A stretch of 51,956 nucleotides of DNA, taken from contig CAZEEU010000001.1 in the NCBI GenBank assembly GCA_964511305.1, positions 1 through 51,956 of the forward strand, written 5' to 3'. A model generated the notes under the pieces. It had not been told where the DNA came from and searched no databases. It saw nothing but the letters and a program-made list of their open reading frames with translations. The translations under genes were made by a program, and so were the position numbers. This DNA is from an uncultured Gammaproteobacteria bacterium (lineage in GTDB: Bacteria > Patescibacteriota > Microgenomatia > Levybacterales > GWA1-39-11). Below, piece after piece: positions 1-9,602 of the stretch; the stretch's first letter is position 1; each line of letters starts with the position of its first letter.

Positions 1-50
1 ACGCTGGGCTTTCATCCCAGAAATCGCGGGTCCGACTCCCGCTGGGGTCA
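1..50 (+). tRNA. tRNA-Glu(UUC), 5' part cut by window edge
   Basis: Anticodon stem-loop ctggg/ctTTCat/cccag (4-20) gives anticodon TTC. T arm is gcggg-tccgact-cccgc (26-42). Acceptor 3' strand tggggtc plus discriminator a (43-50). CCA is not encoded. Confidence 0.8.
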
Positions 51-94
51 CAAATCATTTGACAAATTAGTTTAGTGATTGAGATACTGAGAAA

Positions 95-778
95 ATGGAA
101 GGGATTAATAAACAAACTTCTCTGGACAACTCGGCTCAAGCTCAAGGTCTTCCATTAAAGTCATCTCCGAATGTAGGAAAACTATTTCTCATCTTATTGG
201 CAATATTCATATTCTCTATTTTGACATGTATCTTCGGATACTTTTTAGGTGTTGGTAAGTCATCGACAGCAAAAACACCTAGAGTTAACATAGCGCCATC
301 ACCGTCAATGATTACTCCAACCCTGTCTGCACAAAAAGTAGAAAATAGCAAAACTACCGTACAACTCAATGAAGATAAGCTTTCCTATATTTTGCCTCCA
401 GGCTGGGGACAGTTAATTAGCAACGACTCTATCTCAATTTCTTCTCCTTCGATTAGATTCGGGGATAAGCAAGGACAGACTTATTCATCGTTAAACCTCG
501 AAATAAAAAACTTTAGAAAAAGCTTAGCTGATTATAAGAAAAGCATTCAAAATAACGTAGATACTGTCATTACGGATAGAATTATTGGAGAAAAGCAAGG
601 ATTTACTTATTTTTACCCATCGCCTGGAGAAGTCACTTCGTATGTAATTGATGGTGGAAATTCTACGATATGGGATATCCACGTTAGCAAACCTGATGGG
701 ATTCCAACGGACAAAGCTAAAGGTGAGCAGGCAGAAAAAGAATTAAATGATTTTATCAACTCAATAACTACAGATTAG
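95..778 (+). CDS. hypothetical membrane-anchored protein (single N-terminal TM helix, extracytoplasmic domain)
   Basis: 227-aa ORF with hydrophobic stretch LFLILLAIFIFSILTCIFGYFL. No family recognised. Confidence 0.6.
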   Translation: MEGINKQTSLDNSAQAQGLPLKSSPNVGKLFLILLAIFIFSILTCIFGYFLGVGKSSTAKTPRVNIAPSPSMITPTLSAQKVENSKTTVQLNEDKLSYILPPGWGQLISNDSISISSPSIRFGDKQGQTYSSLNLEIKNFRKSLADYKKSIQNNVDTVITDRIIGEKQGFTYFYPSPGEVTSYVIDGGNSTIWDIHVSKPDGIPTDKAKGEQAEKELNDFINSITTD

Positions 779-872
779 CATGAGGACTGAAGGTATTATA
801 AATATACACAAAAGACTGAATTAAAAGTTCGACATTTGCATCTTTGGGGTCACTAAAGAATGTGACAATAGA

Positions 873-2075
873 TTAGATAATTCCTAAATCTTTACCGACT
901 TTGATAATCTTTTCTACCCCCTCATCAATATTTTCCTTAGAATGCGTAGCGGACGGTATAAGTCTTAAGCGCGCTTTACCCAGAGCAACCATTGGAAATT
1001 TAATCGCAGAAACCAATACTCCCTCGTCAAAAAGCTTTGCTGCAAAATCTTTTGCCTTATTTTCATCACCAACCATAACAGGAGTAATTGGGGTCTCAGA
1101 GTGTCCAGTATCAAATCCAGCTTCTTGCAATTTATTTTTCAGATATTTTGCGTTCTCCCATAATTTTTTAACTTGCTTATCAGAAGTGCTTACAATATCA
1201 ATTCCTTCAATAAGCGCTGCAGTGTCAGGGATAGACAGAGCATTTGTAAATAAAAATTGGCGGGCTTTCTGCCGGTAGAACTCAATCAACTCTTTTTTGC
1301 CGGTAATAAAACCACCATTTACCCCAAATGCTTTAGAAAGAGTTCCAACCTCGATATCTACTCTACCATGCAGCTTGAAATGATCAACTATACCACGCCC
1401 ATGATCTCCCAAAACTCCTTCACCATGCGCATCATCAACCATTACCATTGCCCCTACTTTCGAGGCTATTTCTACAATCTCGGGCAATGGCGCAAGATCT
1501 CCGTCCATCGAAAATACTCCATCCGTAATAATAACCATTCTGCGTTTTTCACCATTACTTTTTGCCTCTTTGAGAAGATCTTTGCAGCTTGCTATTTGTG
1601 TTTTGAGATCCTTCATGTTGTTGTGCTTGTAAATAAATTTATTCTTTACACCTGCAAGCCTAACCGCATCAATAATTGAGGCATGATTTAGCTCATCTGA
1701 AATTACTATGTCTTCTTTGTCAGTGATTGTTTGAATCGAAGCAAGATTTGCAAGATAACCACTAGTAACAACAATTGCCGCTTCTGCATTTTTAAATTCC
1801 GCCAGTCTTCTTTCTAGCTCGAGATGTAGTGAGTTGGTACCTACAAGTGAACGCACTGAGGCTGTTCCAACTCCAAATTTCTCAATAGCCTGAACTGCCG
1901 CTTTTTTTACGCGAGGATGAGAGGCAAGACCTAAATAGTTATTTGAAGACATATTGAGATATTTTTTACCGCCAATCGTAAGAAAAGCACCCTGCTCAGA
2001 CTCAATCGTTTTGATGTTGTTGAACAACCCATTCTCTTTCATTTCTTCTATTTTTTTTAAAAATGTATTTGTCAT
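873..2075 (-). CDS. kbl: 2-amino-3-ketobutyrate CoA ligase (glycine C-acetyltransferase), PLP class-II aminotransferase family
   Basis: 400 aa with motifs SMDGD, VDDAHG and PLP-lysine GTLSKAF. Lies immediately downstream of threonine dehydrogenase, the classic tdh-kbl pairing. Confidence 0.85.
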   Translation of the reverse strand: MTNTFLKKIEEMKENGLFNNIKTIESEQGAFLTIGGKKYLNMSSNNYLGLASHPRVKKAAVQAIEKFGVGTASVRSLVGTNSLHLELERRLAEFKNAEAAIVVTSGYLANLASIQTITDKEDIVISDELNHASIIDAVRLAGVKNKFIYKHNNMKDLKTQIASCKDLLKEAKSNGEKRRMVIITDGVFSMDGDLAPLPEIVEIASKVGAMVMVDDAHGEGVLGDHGRGIVDHFKLHGRVDIEVGTLSKAFGVNGGFITGKKELIEFYRQKARQFLFTNALSIPDTAALIEGIDIVSTSDKQVKKLWENAKYLKNKLQEAGFDTGHSETPITPVMVGDENKAKDFAAKLFDEGVLVSAIKFPMVALGKARLRLIPSATHSKENIDEGVEKIIKVGKDLGII

Positions 2076-2085
2076 ATAAATATTC

Positions 2086-3090
2086 TTATGGCTCTAAAAG
2101 TATCTTTCCACATTCTCCACTTTTCATTACCTTCATAGCCTTTTCAAAATCCTCCAACTTAAAGCGGTGGGTAATCATTTTAGTGAGATCTACTTTTCCA
2201 GACTTTAATAATTCTGTTGTCTGATACCAGGTTTCCCATATACGACGCCCAAAAACTGATCCAACGGTAATCTCTTTATTGATAAAGTATTTCCCAACAT
2301 TAATCGGAATATCGCTTTTCGAAATTCCAAAGACTATGAATGTACCTGCTATGCGAACGGCATCGAGCCCCATCTGAAACGCGTTAGTGTTACCGCTCAT
2401 CTCTAACACTACATCGAATGAATTGTATTCGTTTTCTGGCAGGACCTCAAGCACTCTATCAAATCCCATCACACTTGCCAACTTTCTTCTGTATTCACGT
2501 CTATTGAGACCAACCACCTCGGAGGCGCCGTAAGCTTTTGCAACTACTCCAGCACATAGCCCTGTTGGACCTAACCCCAGAACCAACACTTTTTTACCTT
2601 GCACATTTGCTTTTGTAACAACATGTACCGCGTTACCTAATGGTTCCTGAACGCTCATTGCCTCAACGTTGATTTCGGGATCATTTTTCCAAGTTGTTCT
2701 TAGGGGAATCGTGGCATACTCAGCAAATCCCCCATTCCGACCAATTCCGAAAAGTTCCATATTCTCACAAATATGACGGTTGTTAATAAGACACTGGTAA
2801 CAGTGATTGCAAAATATGTGAGTCTCTGAAGAAACAAGATCTCCTTTCTTAATATCTGTCTTTTCATCACTATTGATCTCCAGAACACTCCCAACTACTT
2901 CATGACCTATTACAATAGGAGGGGTTATGTGTCCCTGGGCCCAAGGAGTCCAATCATAAATGCCAACATCTGTTCCACAGATAGACGAATGCACCACCTT
3001 TATAAGAACTTCACCCTTTTGAGGCTTTGGTTTCGGAATATCTTTTATGGTTACACCAATAGAGGCTTTGGTTTTTAATACTGCTAACAT
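2086..3090 (-). CDS. tdh: L-threonine 3-dehydrogenase (zinc-dependent MDR family)
   Basis: 334 aa. [17 protein letters not shown]...IGHEVVGSV parallels E. coli Tdh ICGTDVHIYNWDEW...VGHEYVG. Structural-zinc Cys cluster CNHCYQC. Confidence 0.85.
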   Translation of the reverse strand: MLAVLKTKASIGVTIKDIPKPKPQKGEVLIKVVHSSICGTDVGIYDWTPWAQGHITPPIVIGHEVVGSVLEINSDEKTDIKKGDLVSSETHIFCNHCYQCLINNRHICENMELFGIGRNGGFAEYATIPLRTTWKNDPEINVEAMSVQEPLGNAVHVVTKANVQGKKVLVLGLGPTGLCAGVVAKAYGASEVVGLNRREYRRKLASVMGFDRVLEVLPENEYNSFDVVLEMSGNTNAFQMGLDAVRIAGTFIVFGISKSDIPINVGKYFINKEITVGSVFGRRIWETWYQTTELLKSGKVDLTKMITHRFKLEDFEKAMKVMKSGECGKILLEP

Positions 3091-3257
3091 AATATCAGGC
3101 TGATTCTACTATAACCGTTGAACCAATAAATATTATTCTACTCCAAGAAAAGGGATTTTTACAAAGCAATTTTTAATTTACCTTTTTTGGACTCGTTAGC
3201 TTAATTACTCATCCAACTCCAAGCGATGAATGAATATGCAAATTGAAATTTATCATA

Positions 3258-3286
3258 TTGAAAATACTATTTATATTTGCTTTAAT
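3258..3286 (+). promoter_or_regulatory. candidate sigma70-type promoter of metK leader
   Basis: TTGAAA (3258-3263), 17-nt spacer, TTTAAT (3281-3286). The predicted start falls just before the riboswitch-like element. Confidence 0.35.
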
Positions 3287-3294
3287 ATTTATCA

Positions 3295-3385
3295 AACATC
3301 ACGAGTGCTACATTAAGTAGCCGGCAACCGTCAATTTACGGTGCCACTTGCCAATACAAGGATGTGTCCCGTAAAGGGAAAAATT
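3295..3385 (+). promoter_or_regulatory. SAM-I/SAM-IV-clan riboswitch candidate in metK 5' leader
   Basis: aCAUCACGAGUGCUAC-AUUAA-GUAGCCGGCAACCGU-CAAUUU-ACGGUGCCAC...GGAUGUG carries the core strings GAGUGC, GCCGGCAACC and GGUGCC. P1 is acatc (3296-3300) with gatgt (3361-3365). Downstream, UCCC (3367-3370) can pair with the SD AGGGA (3375-3379). Located directly upstream of metK. Confidence 0.6.
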
Positions 3386-4498
3386 ATGAAGCATACTTTA
3401 TTCACTTCTGAGTCTGTTTGCGCAGGACATCCCGACAAAATTTGTGATCAAATCTCTGACGCTATCGTAGACAAAGCTCTATCAAAAGATCCGCACGCCC
3501 GCACCGGCATTGAAACTGTAGCAGGAGCTGATCAAATTTGCCTATTTGGAGAAATCAAAACAAAGTCAAAGCTAAATTTTGAAAAAATTGCCCGAGACAC
3601 AATAAAAAGACTTGGATACACCACTCCTGCATGGGGATTTAGTCAAAAGTCGAAATTCACAAGCTATGTGCACGAACAGTCCCCTGAAATTGCTATGGGA
3701 GTTGACCAGGATGGGGCAGGAGACCAGGGAATGATGTTTGGGTATGCTTGCAACGAGACAACGGAGCTCATGCCTCTTCCAATTAGAATTGCTCACGCAC
3801 TTACAGAACAAATAGATACCTTACGCGCGCAAAAAACTTTATTGTGGTTACGACCTGATGGAAAAGCACAAGTAACAATACGTTACGAAAAAGGAATTCC
3901 TGTCGCAATCGAAAAGTTGGTTGCAGCAGTTGCTCATGATGAGAAAACAAGCGCAGAGGATGTTAGATCTGACGTTATTAAGCATATTTTTAAACCAATT
4001 CTTAAGCACTACAAAATGGAATTACCAAAAGACTCAGATATCACTGTCAATGGCACGGGGCTTTGGCATATTCCGGGACCGGAGTCAGACGCAGGATTAA
4101 CAGGTCGAAAAATAGTAGTTGATACATATGGAGGGTACGCACGTGTTGGTGGTGGAGCATTTTCAGGAAAGGATCCAAGCAAAGTAGATAGGTCAGGAGC
4201 ATATGCCGCCAGATACATTGCAAAAAATATTGTAGCCCACGGTTTGGCAACAAAATGCGAGGTGGGACTTGCCTATGTTATTGGGCAACCAAGACCACTA
4301 ATGCAAACAATAGAAACTTTCGGGACTTCCACTGTCAGCGAAAAAGCTTTGTATGACTTCAAAGATAAATTAATTGATACTTCAGTCAGGTCAATTATTG
4401 AGACGTTAGACCTTGCCCGTCCAATTTATAGCGCAACAGCTGCTTACGGGCATTTTGGAAGACCCGGCTTCCCCTGGGAAAAAATCGCAAAGATATAA
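3386..4498 (+). CDS. metK: S-adenosylmethionine synthetase
   Basis: Motifs FTSESVCAGHPDKICDQISDA, GAGDQGMMFGYA and GGGAFSGKDPSKVDRS. ATG at 3386 follows AAGGGA. The GTG at 3341 in the ORF track lies inside the leader structure. Confidence 0.95.
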   Translation: MKHTLFTSESVCAGHPDKICDQISDAIVDKALSKDPHARTGIETVAGADQICLFGEIKTKSKLNFEKIARDTIKRLGYTTPAWGFSQKSKFTSYVHEQSPEIAMGVDQDGAGDQGMMFGYACNETTELMPLPIRIAHALTEQIDTLRAQKTLLWLRPDGKAQVTIRYEKGIPVAIEKLVAAVAHDEKTSAEDVRSDVIKHIFKPILKHYKMELPKDSDITVNGTGLWHIPGPESDAGLTGRKIVVDTYGGYARVGGGAFSGKDPSKVDRSGAYAARYIAKNIVAHGLATKCEVGLAYVIGQPRPLMQTIETFGTSTVSEKALYDFKDKLIDTSVRSIIETLDLARPIYSATAAYGHFGRPGFPWEKIAKI

Positions 4499-4512
4499 TA
4501 TAATTCCTCTCT

Positions 4513-5055
4513 GTGATTGAAGGAAAAGAAGTAGAACAACCTATTGCTCGTGCCTATCATTTTACCGATAGCCGTAATTTATTTGACATTGAAATGGGTG
4601 GCAATATTTTGACTTTTGAAGGTGGGTTTGTTGGCGTCAACAAGCCAGGACTTTATCCAAAAACCACACATTCACATGAGGATCCTCTAACCTTTTGCTT
4701 TCTTAACTCACCTTATCCTGCCGAATGGAAAAAGAACCCTGAGCTTTTCAGAGAACTACTAGAAATCAAAGGAGGACGAGACTTAAGACTTTTTACTTTC
4801 GATGTTCTCCCATCAGACAATGCTCAGGTTCTGGATTTTGGAATTCTTGAACCTGTTCGCACACCAAAGGGTGTTTTTACCAAAGAAGCCTATGAAGCTC
4901 AGCAAAGATACATAAATGGCATGACACCTCTAACACAATATAAAGGTGGTTTTATTCTTCCGGAAGTAGTATTTGGCAAACATATCGACTATGATCGCTT
5001 ATCTCTGGTTAGCCCTGAAAAGGTTACTGCCTGGATAGATACAGTGCTTACCTAA
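4513..5055 (+). CDS. hypothetical protein; possible DarT/DUF4433-like ADP-ribosyltransferase fold (weak motif-level call)
   Basis: 180-aa ORF with a GTG start, the only start after the in-frame stop at 4501. Motifs AYHFTDSRNL (res 14-23), DPLTFCFLNSP (57-67) and ILPEVVF (148-154). Confidence 0.45.
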   Translation: MIEGKEVEQPIARAYHFTDSRNLFDIEMGGNILTFEGGFVGVNKPGLYPKTTHSHEDPLTFCFLNSPYPAEWKKNPELFRELLEIKGGRDLRLFTFDVLPSDNAQVLDFGILEPVRTPKGVFTKEAYEAQQRYINGMTPLTQYKGGFILPEVVFGKHIDYDRLSLVSPEKVTAWIDTVLT

Positions 5056-5090
5056 TTGCATCTCACTTCTTCTATTATATAATTCTTCCC

Positions 5091-5609
5091 ATGAGCGAAA
5101 AATCAAAAGGGAAAGGACAACCGTCATCAGATGATATAACCTCGTCTGTACTAAAAAGACTAGGCTTACCTCCCATTGAGCGACCAGCCGCAAGCTCAGA
5201 TGCCCATGAAGAGAGGACAACATCAAGCAACCCCATCCCCGAAGAAGACCCCATACAAGAATACATTGAACCTACAAGACGAACGAGGCGAGATGGAACT
5301 GAACAGCATGATGATCCCTTTGCCATGATTCCAGATGTAGAAACACTCGTTGAAGCAGGTAGAGTACCAATAAAACTAACCTTTATGGAATCGGGTTCCG
5401 AGAAAGCATTTTTTTACAATATTCCTCCAGAAGGATTTATGTTGGGTCGTCCTAATTTCAGTGGACATGTTGATCCGCTCGAAATGTCAGTTGAGTATTT
5501 CATTGGTGAGCAAACACTGGGATTCGGAGAGTTAAAAGCTGTTCGAGTATCAGAAGCAATTCCAATGGACGTCCGAATTGCAGAGGCTCGTGCAAAATCT
5601 GGCTTCTAA
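5091..5609 (+). CDS. hypothetical protein with acidic/Ser/Pro-rich low-complexity N-terminal half and a globular C-terminal half
   Basis: 172-aa ORF. The N-terminal-coding region is locally GC-rich (33/60 G+C in 5161-5220). No family recognised. Confidence 0.5.
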   Translation: MSEKSKGKGQPSSDDITSSVLKRLGLPPIERPAASSDAHEERTTSSNPIPEEDPIQEYIEPTRRTRRDGTEQHDDPFAMIPDVETLVEAGRVPIKLTFMESGSEKAFFYNIPPEGFMLGRPNFSGHVDPLEMSVEYFIGEQTLGFGELKAVRVSEAIPMDVRIAEARAKSGF

Positions 5610-5612
5610 CAA

Positions 5613-5852
5613 TTAAATTTTAGCGAAATGCATATAGATTGCTATCGCAAGTGCTGTAGATGGTGCCATACCTAGCACGATATACATAATTCCAAAAAAC
5701 ACAGCAAGTAACCCATGATAGTGAGTCCCCCCGCTGAACCTTCTGTAAGCAATAATGTCTCTTTCAACAATTCCCCGCACTCCTACATGCACAAGTCTGA
5801 GGCAAATTTGGAAGAAGACTATAGCAACAATTGCAAATAAAACTATCTCCAT
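5613..5852 (-). CDS. small hypothetical membrane protein (2-3 TM)
   Basis: 79-aa ORF with hydrophobic segments IVLFAIVAIVFFQI and LLAVFFGIMYIVLGMA. Convergent with the preceding ORF. Confidence 0.4.
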   Translation of the reverse strand: MEIVLFAIVAIVFFQICLRLVHVGVRGIVERDIIAYRRFSGGTHYHGLLAVFFGIMYIVLGMAPSTALAIAIYMHFAKI

Positions 5853-5880
5853 TGAGTTAACAAACTATATCACGTATAAT
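5852..5880 (+). promoter_or_regulatory. candidate promoter of purA
   Basis: TTGAGT (5852-5857), 17-nt spacer, TATAAT (5875-5880). Confidence 0.45.
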
Positions 5881-5911
5881 AACCTCGCTTCAATTATTGG
5901 ATTCGTTATTT

Positions 5912-7183
5912 ATGAGTGCAAGTCTTATATTAGGCGCACAGTGGGGAGATGAGGGAAAGGGAAAGATCATCGACGCACTTAGTCAAAACAGCGACATGGT
6001 AATCCGCTTTCAGGGCGGAAATAATGCAGGGCACACTGTTATAAATCCCCTCGGCGAATTCAAGCTTCATCTTATTCCTGCAGGAGTCTTTAATCCAAAA
6101 ACTACGGCAATAATAACCAACGGCGTCGTTCTGGATCTTGCTGTTCTTTCTGAAGAGATTGATTCTCTTATTAAAGGAGGGGTTGATCTTAAGGGAAGAC
6201 TACTTATATCACCCCGTTGTAACATCATTCTCCCTTACCACAAACTCTTAGAAGGACTAAATGAGCGAGTAAAAGGAAATAGTAAAACCGGCTCAACTGG
6301 ACGAGGAATAGGCCCAGTATACGCTGATAAAGTGTCATATAACGGAATTAGACTATATGACTTCATGGATAAAGAGAAATTCAAAGCAAAACTCACCATC
6401 CAGTTAAAGCTGAAAAATGCTGTTCTTGGTTCTTTTGATATTGAGCAACTATCATATGAGGCGATTGAAAAAGATCTTGCCCCCCTTCGAAAAAAATTAG
6501 AGTCTTACATTCAAGAACCTTTTCCAATTATTCAAAAAGCGCTTAAATCAAATAAGAAAGTTCTAATTGAGGGGGCTCAAGCAGTTTTTCTTGATAATGA
6601 TTGGGGAACCTATCCCTTTGTAACAGCTTCGACATTGGTCTCTGGTGGAATTACAGGAGGAGCAGGAATTGCTCCTCAATATCTAAATGAGGTCATTGGG
6701 GTTATTAAAGTCTACACAACAAGAGTTGGTGAGGGTCCATTCCCAACAGAAATGGATACCGAAGAAGATGAAAAGCTACGACAACTTGGCCATGAATTTG
6801 GAGCAACAACAGGACGTGCTAGAAGATGCGGGTGGCTTGACTTGGAAATGGTTAAATTTGCAGTTGACCTAAATGGCATTACTCAGCTAGCACTTACCAA
6901 AATAGATATTATGGACTCGTATGATGAGATAAAGCTTTGCACTGGTTATACGTATAAAGGTAAAAAGGTTAATTATTATGATGGAGACGCCTCTTTCCTA
7001 GATGAAGTTACCCCTGTCTATAAAACAATGCCCGGCTGGAAGTCCTCAACAAGAGGCCTAACTGAGTATGAAAAACTACCAAAGAATGCAAAACTGTATA
7101 TAGCTGAAATTGAAAAATTAACTGGAGTAAAAATTACGTATATTTCTACCGGCCCTTCACGAGCTGAGACGATCGAGAGATAA
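5912..7183 (+). CDS. purA: adenylosuccinate synthetase
   Basis: N-terminal P-loop GAQWGDEGKGK, plus GTTGRGIGP and the TTGR..RCGW motif. ATG at 5912 is preferred over the upstream TTG at 5897. Confidence 0.93.
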   Translation: MSASLILGAQWGDEGKGKIIDALSQNSDMVIRFQGGNNAGHTVINPLGEFKLHLIPAGVFNPKTTAIITNGVVLDLAVLSEEIDSLIKGGVDLKGRLLISPRCNIILPYHKLLEGLNERVKGNSKTGSTGRGIGPVYADKVSYNGIRLYDFMDKEKFKAKLTIQLKLKNAVLGSFDIEQLSYEAIEKDLAPLRKKLESYIQEPFPIIQKALKSNKKVLIEGAQAVFLDNDWGTYPFVTASTLVSGGITGGAGIAPQYLNEVIGVIKVYTTRVGEGPFPTEMDTEEDEKLRQLGHEFGATTGRARRCGWLDLEMVKFAVDLNGITQLALTKIDIMDSYDEIKLCTGYTYKGKKVNYYDGDASFLDEVTPVYKTMPGWKSSTRGLTEYEKLPKNAKLYIAEIEKLTGVKITYISTGPSRAETIER

Positions 7184-7186
7184 TTC

Positions 7187-7648
7187 CTATTCTACTGAAA
7201 GTATTTTATAAGAGATTGTACCTTTAGGCGCTTCAAATTGAGCCATATCACCTTTTTTCTTTCCTGCTAATGCTCTTCCAAGCGGTGAATGTGTTGAAAT
7301 TTTTCCCTCAAGAGGATTTGCTTCATAATCCCCAACTAAATAAAATATCTTCTCTACCCCCTCACACTCAGCTTTAATTTTAGATCCGATACTAGCCTTC
7401 CCATCTTCCCCACCTTCTATAATATCCGCAAGCTTTATTTGAATATCTAATCGAAACATCTGATTATCTATACTTCTCAGTCTCGCTTTTGCTGCTGTAT
7501 AAAGTCCATTTTCAGAAAGATCTCCCATCCCTCTTGCATCGGCAAGGGTTCTGACAGCTTCAGGTCTATCTTTCTTAAGCTGCTCAAGCTCTTCGTGTAA
7601 TTTAGCAAATCCCTCTTTGGTTATAGGAATTCGTTTTATTGTTTTCAT
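7187..7648 (-). CDS. greA: transcription elongation factor GreA
   Basis: 153 aa. Coiled-coil N-terminus with GDLSENGLYTAAK, and C-terminal ISTHSPLGRALAGKKKGD. Confidence 0.9.
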   Translation of the reverse strand: MKTIKRIPITKEGFAKLHEELEQLKKDRPEAVRTLADARGMGDLSENGLYTAAKARLRSIDNQMFRLDIQIKLADIIEGGEDGKASIGSKIKAECEGVEKIFYLVGDYEANPLEGKISTHSPLGRALAGKKKGDMAQFEAPKGTISYKILSVE

Positions 7649-7670
7649 TGTGTAAATTATACTTTCTTTT

Positions 7671-7679
7671 TGGTATAAT
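7671..7679 (+). promoter_or_regulatory. extended -10 promoter element (TGgTATAAT) upstream of typA
   Basis: Perfect TGnTATAAT at 7671-7679 in the divergent greA/typA spacer. Confidence 0.5.
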
Positions 7680-7690
7680 ACAAACTACAG

Positions 7691-7716
7691 GACACGGCAA
7701 GGTCGTGTCTTTTTTT
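7691..7716 (+). terminator. intrinsic-terminator-like hairpin plus T7 run inside the typA leader (possible attenuator)
   Basis: gacacg (7691-7696), loop gcaaggt, cgtgtc (7704-7709), then ttttttt (7710-7716). No plus-strand gene upstream needs terminating. Confidence 0.35.
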
Positions 7717-7730
7717 GATTTTAAAATACT

Positions 7731-9566
7731 ATGGATAAACAAATTAGAAATATTGCTATTATTGCTCACGTTGACCACGGTAAAACTACTCTCGTGGACT
7801 CCTTGCTTAAGCAAACACACACATTCCGAGATAACCAAAAAGAAATGACAGAAACCCTTATCATGGACTCCAATGATCTTGAAAAGGAAAAGGGAATTAC
7901 AATTCTTTCAAAGAATAACTCGGTTAAATACAAAGATGTAAAAATTAATATTATCGATACCCCTGGACACGCTGACTTTGGAGGAGAAGTTGAGCGCATT
8001 CTTAATATGGCAGATGGAGCTATTCTTCTCGTTGATGCTGTAGAAGGACCACTTCCTCAGACAAAATTTGTACTTAAGAAGGCTCTTGAGCAACATCTTA
8101 AGATAATTCTTCTTATTAATAAGATCGACAAGAAAGACGCTAGACCCAATCAGATCATTCAAGAAGTTGAAGGTCTTTTCTTAGATCTTGCAACACATGA
8201 CGACCATCTAAATTTCAAAACTCTTTTTGCTGTAGGTCGTGACGGAAAAGCATTTGACACTCTTCCTACTAACTACACTAGTGAAATGCCAGGAGATTTA
8301 ACTCCGCTTTTTGAGGCTATTGTTAGCGAAATCCCAAATAGTGTCAAAAATGAAGATCAGCCTTTTCAAATGCTTATCTCAACTTTGGATTCAGACCCAC
8401 ATGTAGGAAAAATTTGTATTGGTAAAGTTACAAAGGGACAGCTCAAAAAAGGCGATATGGTATCTCTAGTAGATGAAGGTAAAGTAATCGGAACAAGCAG
8501 AGTTCAGAAATTATTTACAAGTATCGGCTTGGATCGCGTTGAAGTCGATGCTGTATACGCAGGCGATATCGTTGCAATCGCAGGAATTCCAAATCTTACA
8601 ATTGGCCAAACAGTTACAGATCCTTCTAGTCCTGATAGTCTTCCTAAAATCCACGTTGATGACCCAACCATCAGAATCACAATTGGCCCTAATACAAGTC
8701 CGTTCTTAGGCAAAGAAGGTAAATTATTCTCTTCTTCTCAAATAAAAGACAGGCTTATGAAAGAAAAAGAGACAAACCTTGGTCTTAAAATAGAACCAGA
8801 TGAAGCAACATCCAATTTTGCGGTGTCAGGTCGTGGTGAACTTCACTTGGCAGTTCTCATTGAAAATATGAGACGCGAAGGATTTGAAATGGAAATTTCA
8901 AAACCTCAGGTTATCTACAAAACAATTGATGGAAAGGTATCAGAGCCATTTGAAGAAGTAACTATTGATGTAGCAGCTGATTATATTGGAGCAATTACTG
9001 AAGAGTTTGCGAAAAGAAAGGCAACTATGATCAATATGACTCAAGAACCAGGAGAAATTACTCGCTTTGTCTACAAAGTTTCAAGCAAAAACCTTCTTGG
9101 AGTACGAAATATTCTGCTTACCAAGACTCGTGGAACAGTTGAGCTAAATACCTTTTTCCTAGGATATTTTCCAAAAGAAGATTCAGCAATAGAAGAGGCA
9201 CGACCAGGAGTACTTATTTCATTTGATTCTGGAACTGCTCTATCATATGGCCTTGAAAACGCTCAAGAAAGAGGAACATTATTCATAAAACCAAACACTC
9301 CAGTGTATGAAGGTATGCTTATCGGAATATCAACACGCGAACAAGATATGGAAATAAATGTCACAAAGGGAAAGAAAATGACAAACATTCGTTCATCAAC
9401 GTCTGATATGTCAGTACAAATTGATACTCCTACTGAGATGAGCTTGGAGCAAGCTTTAGACTTCATAAATAGCGATGAGTTACTTGAAGTAACCCCACAA
9501 AATATCCGCATGAGAAAGAAGTGGCTATCGGCTACTGAGCGAAAAATTAACTCTAGAAAAGGCTAA
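7731..9566 (+). CDS. typA: translational GTPase TypA/BipA
   Basis: 611 aa. G motifs AHVDHGKTT, DTPGHADF and NKID, with an EF-G-like domain order. Confidence 0.93.
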   Translation: MDKQIRNIAIIAHVDHGKTTLVDSLLKQTHTFRDNQKEMTETLIMDSNDLEKEKGITILSKNNSVKYKDVKINIIDTPGHADFGGEVERILNMADGAILLVDAVEGPLPQTKFVLKKALEQHLKIILLINKIDKKDARPNQIIQEVEGLFLDLATHDDHLNFKTLFAVGRDGKAFDTLPTNYTSEMPGDLTPLFEAIVSEIPNSVKNEDQPFQMLISTLDSDPHVGKICIGKVTKGQLKKGDMVSLVDEGKVIGTSRVQKLFTSIGLDRVEVDAVYAGDIVAIAGIPNLTIGQTVTDPSSPDSLPKIHVDDPTIRITIGPNTSPFLGKEGKLFSSSQIKDRLMKEKETNLGLKIEPDEATSNFAVSGRGELHLAVLIENMRREGFEMEISKPQVIYKTIDGKVSEPFEEVTIDVAADYIGAITEEFAKRKATMINMTQEPGEITRFVYKVSSKNLLGVRNILLTKTRGTVELNTFFLGYFPKEDSAIEEARPGVLISFDSGTALSYGLENAQERGTLFIKPNTPVYEGMLIGISTREQDMEINVTKGKKMTNIRSSTSDMSVQIDTPTEMSLEQALDFINSDELLEVTPQNIRMRKKWLSATERKINSRKG

Positions 9567-9602
9567 GTTGAAGCTTTAAGCTCAATTTGATACCATAGAC
9601 AT

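Noticed and set aside
3341-3385. GTG-extended start of metK given by the ORF track (adds MPLANTRMCPVKGKI)
   Set aside because: The extension lies inside the riboswitch-like leader. It adds residues not expected before the conserved MetK N-terminus. ATG at 3386 has an AAGGGA SD at proper spacing.
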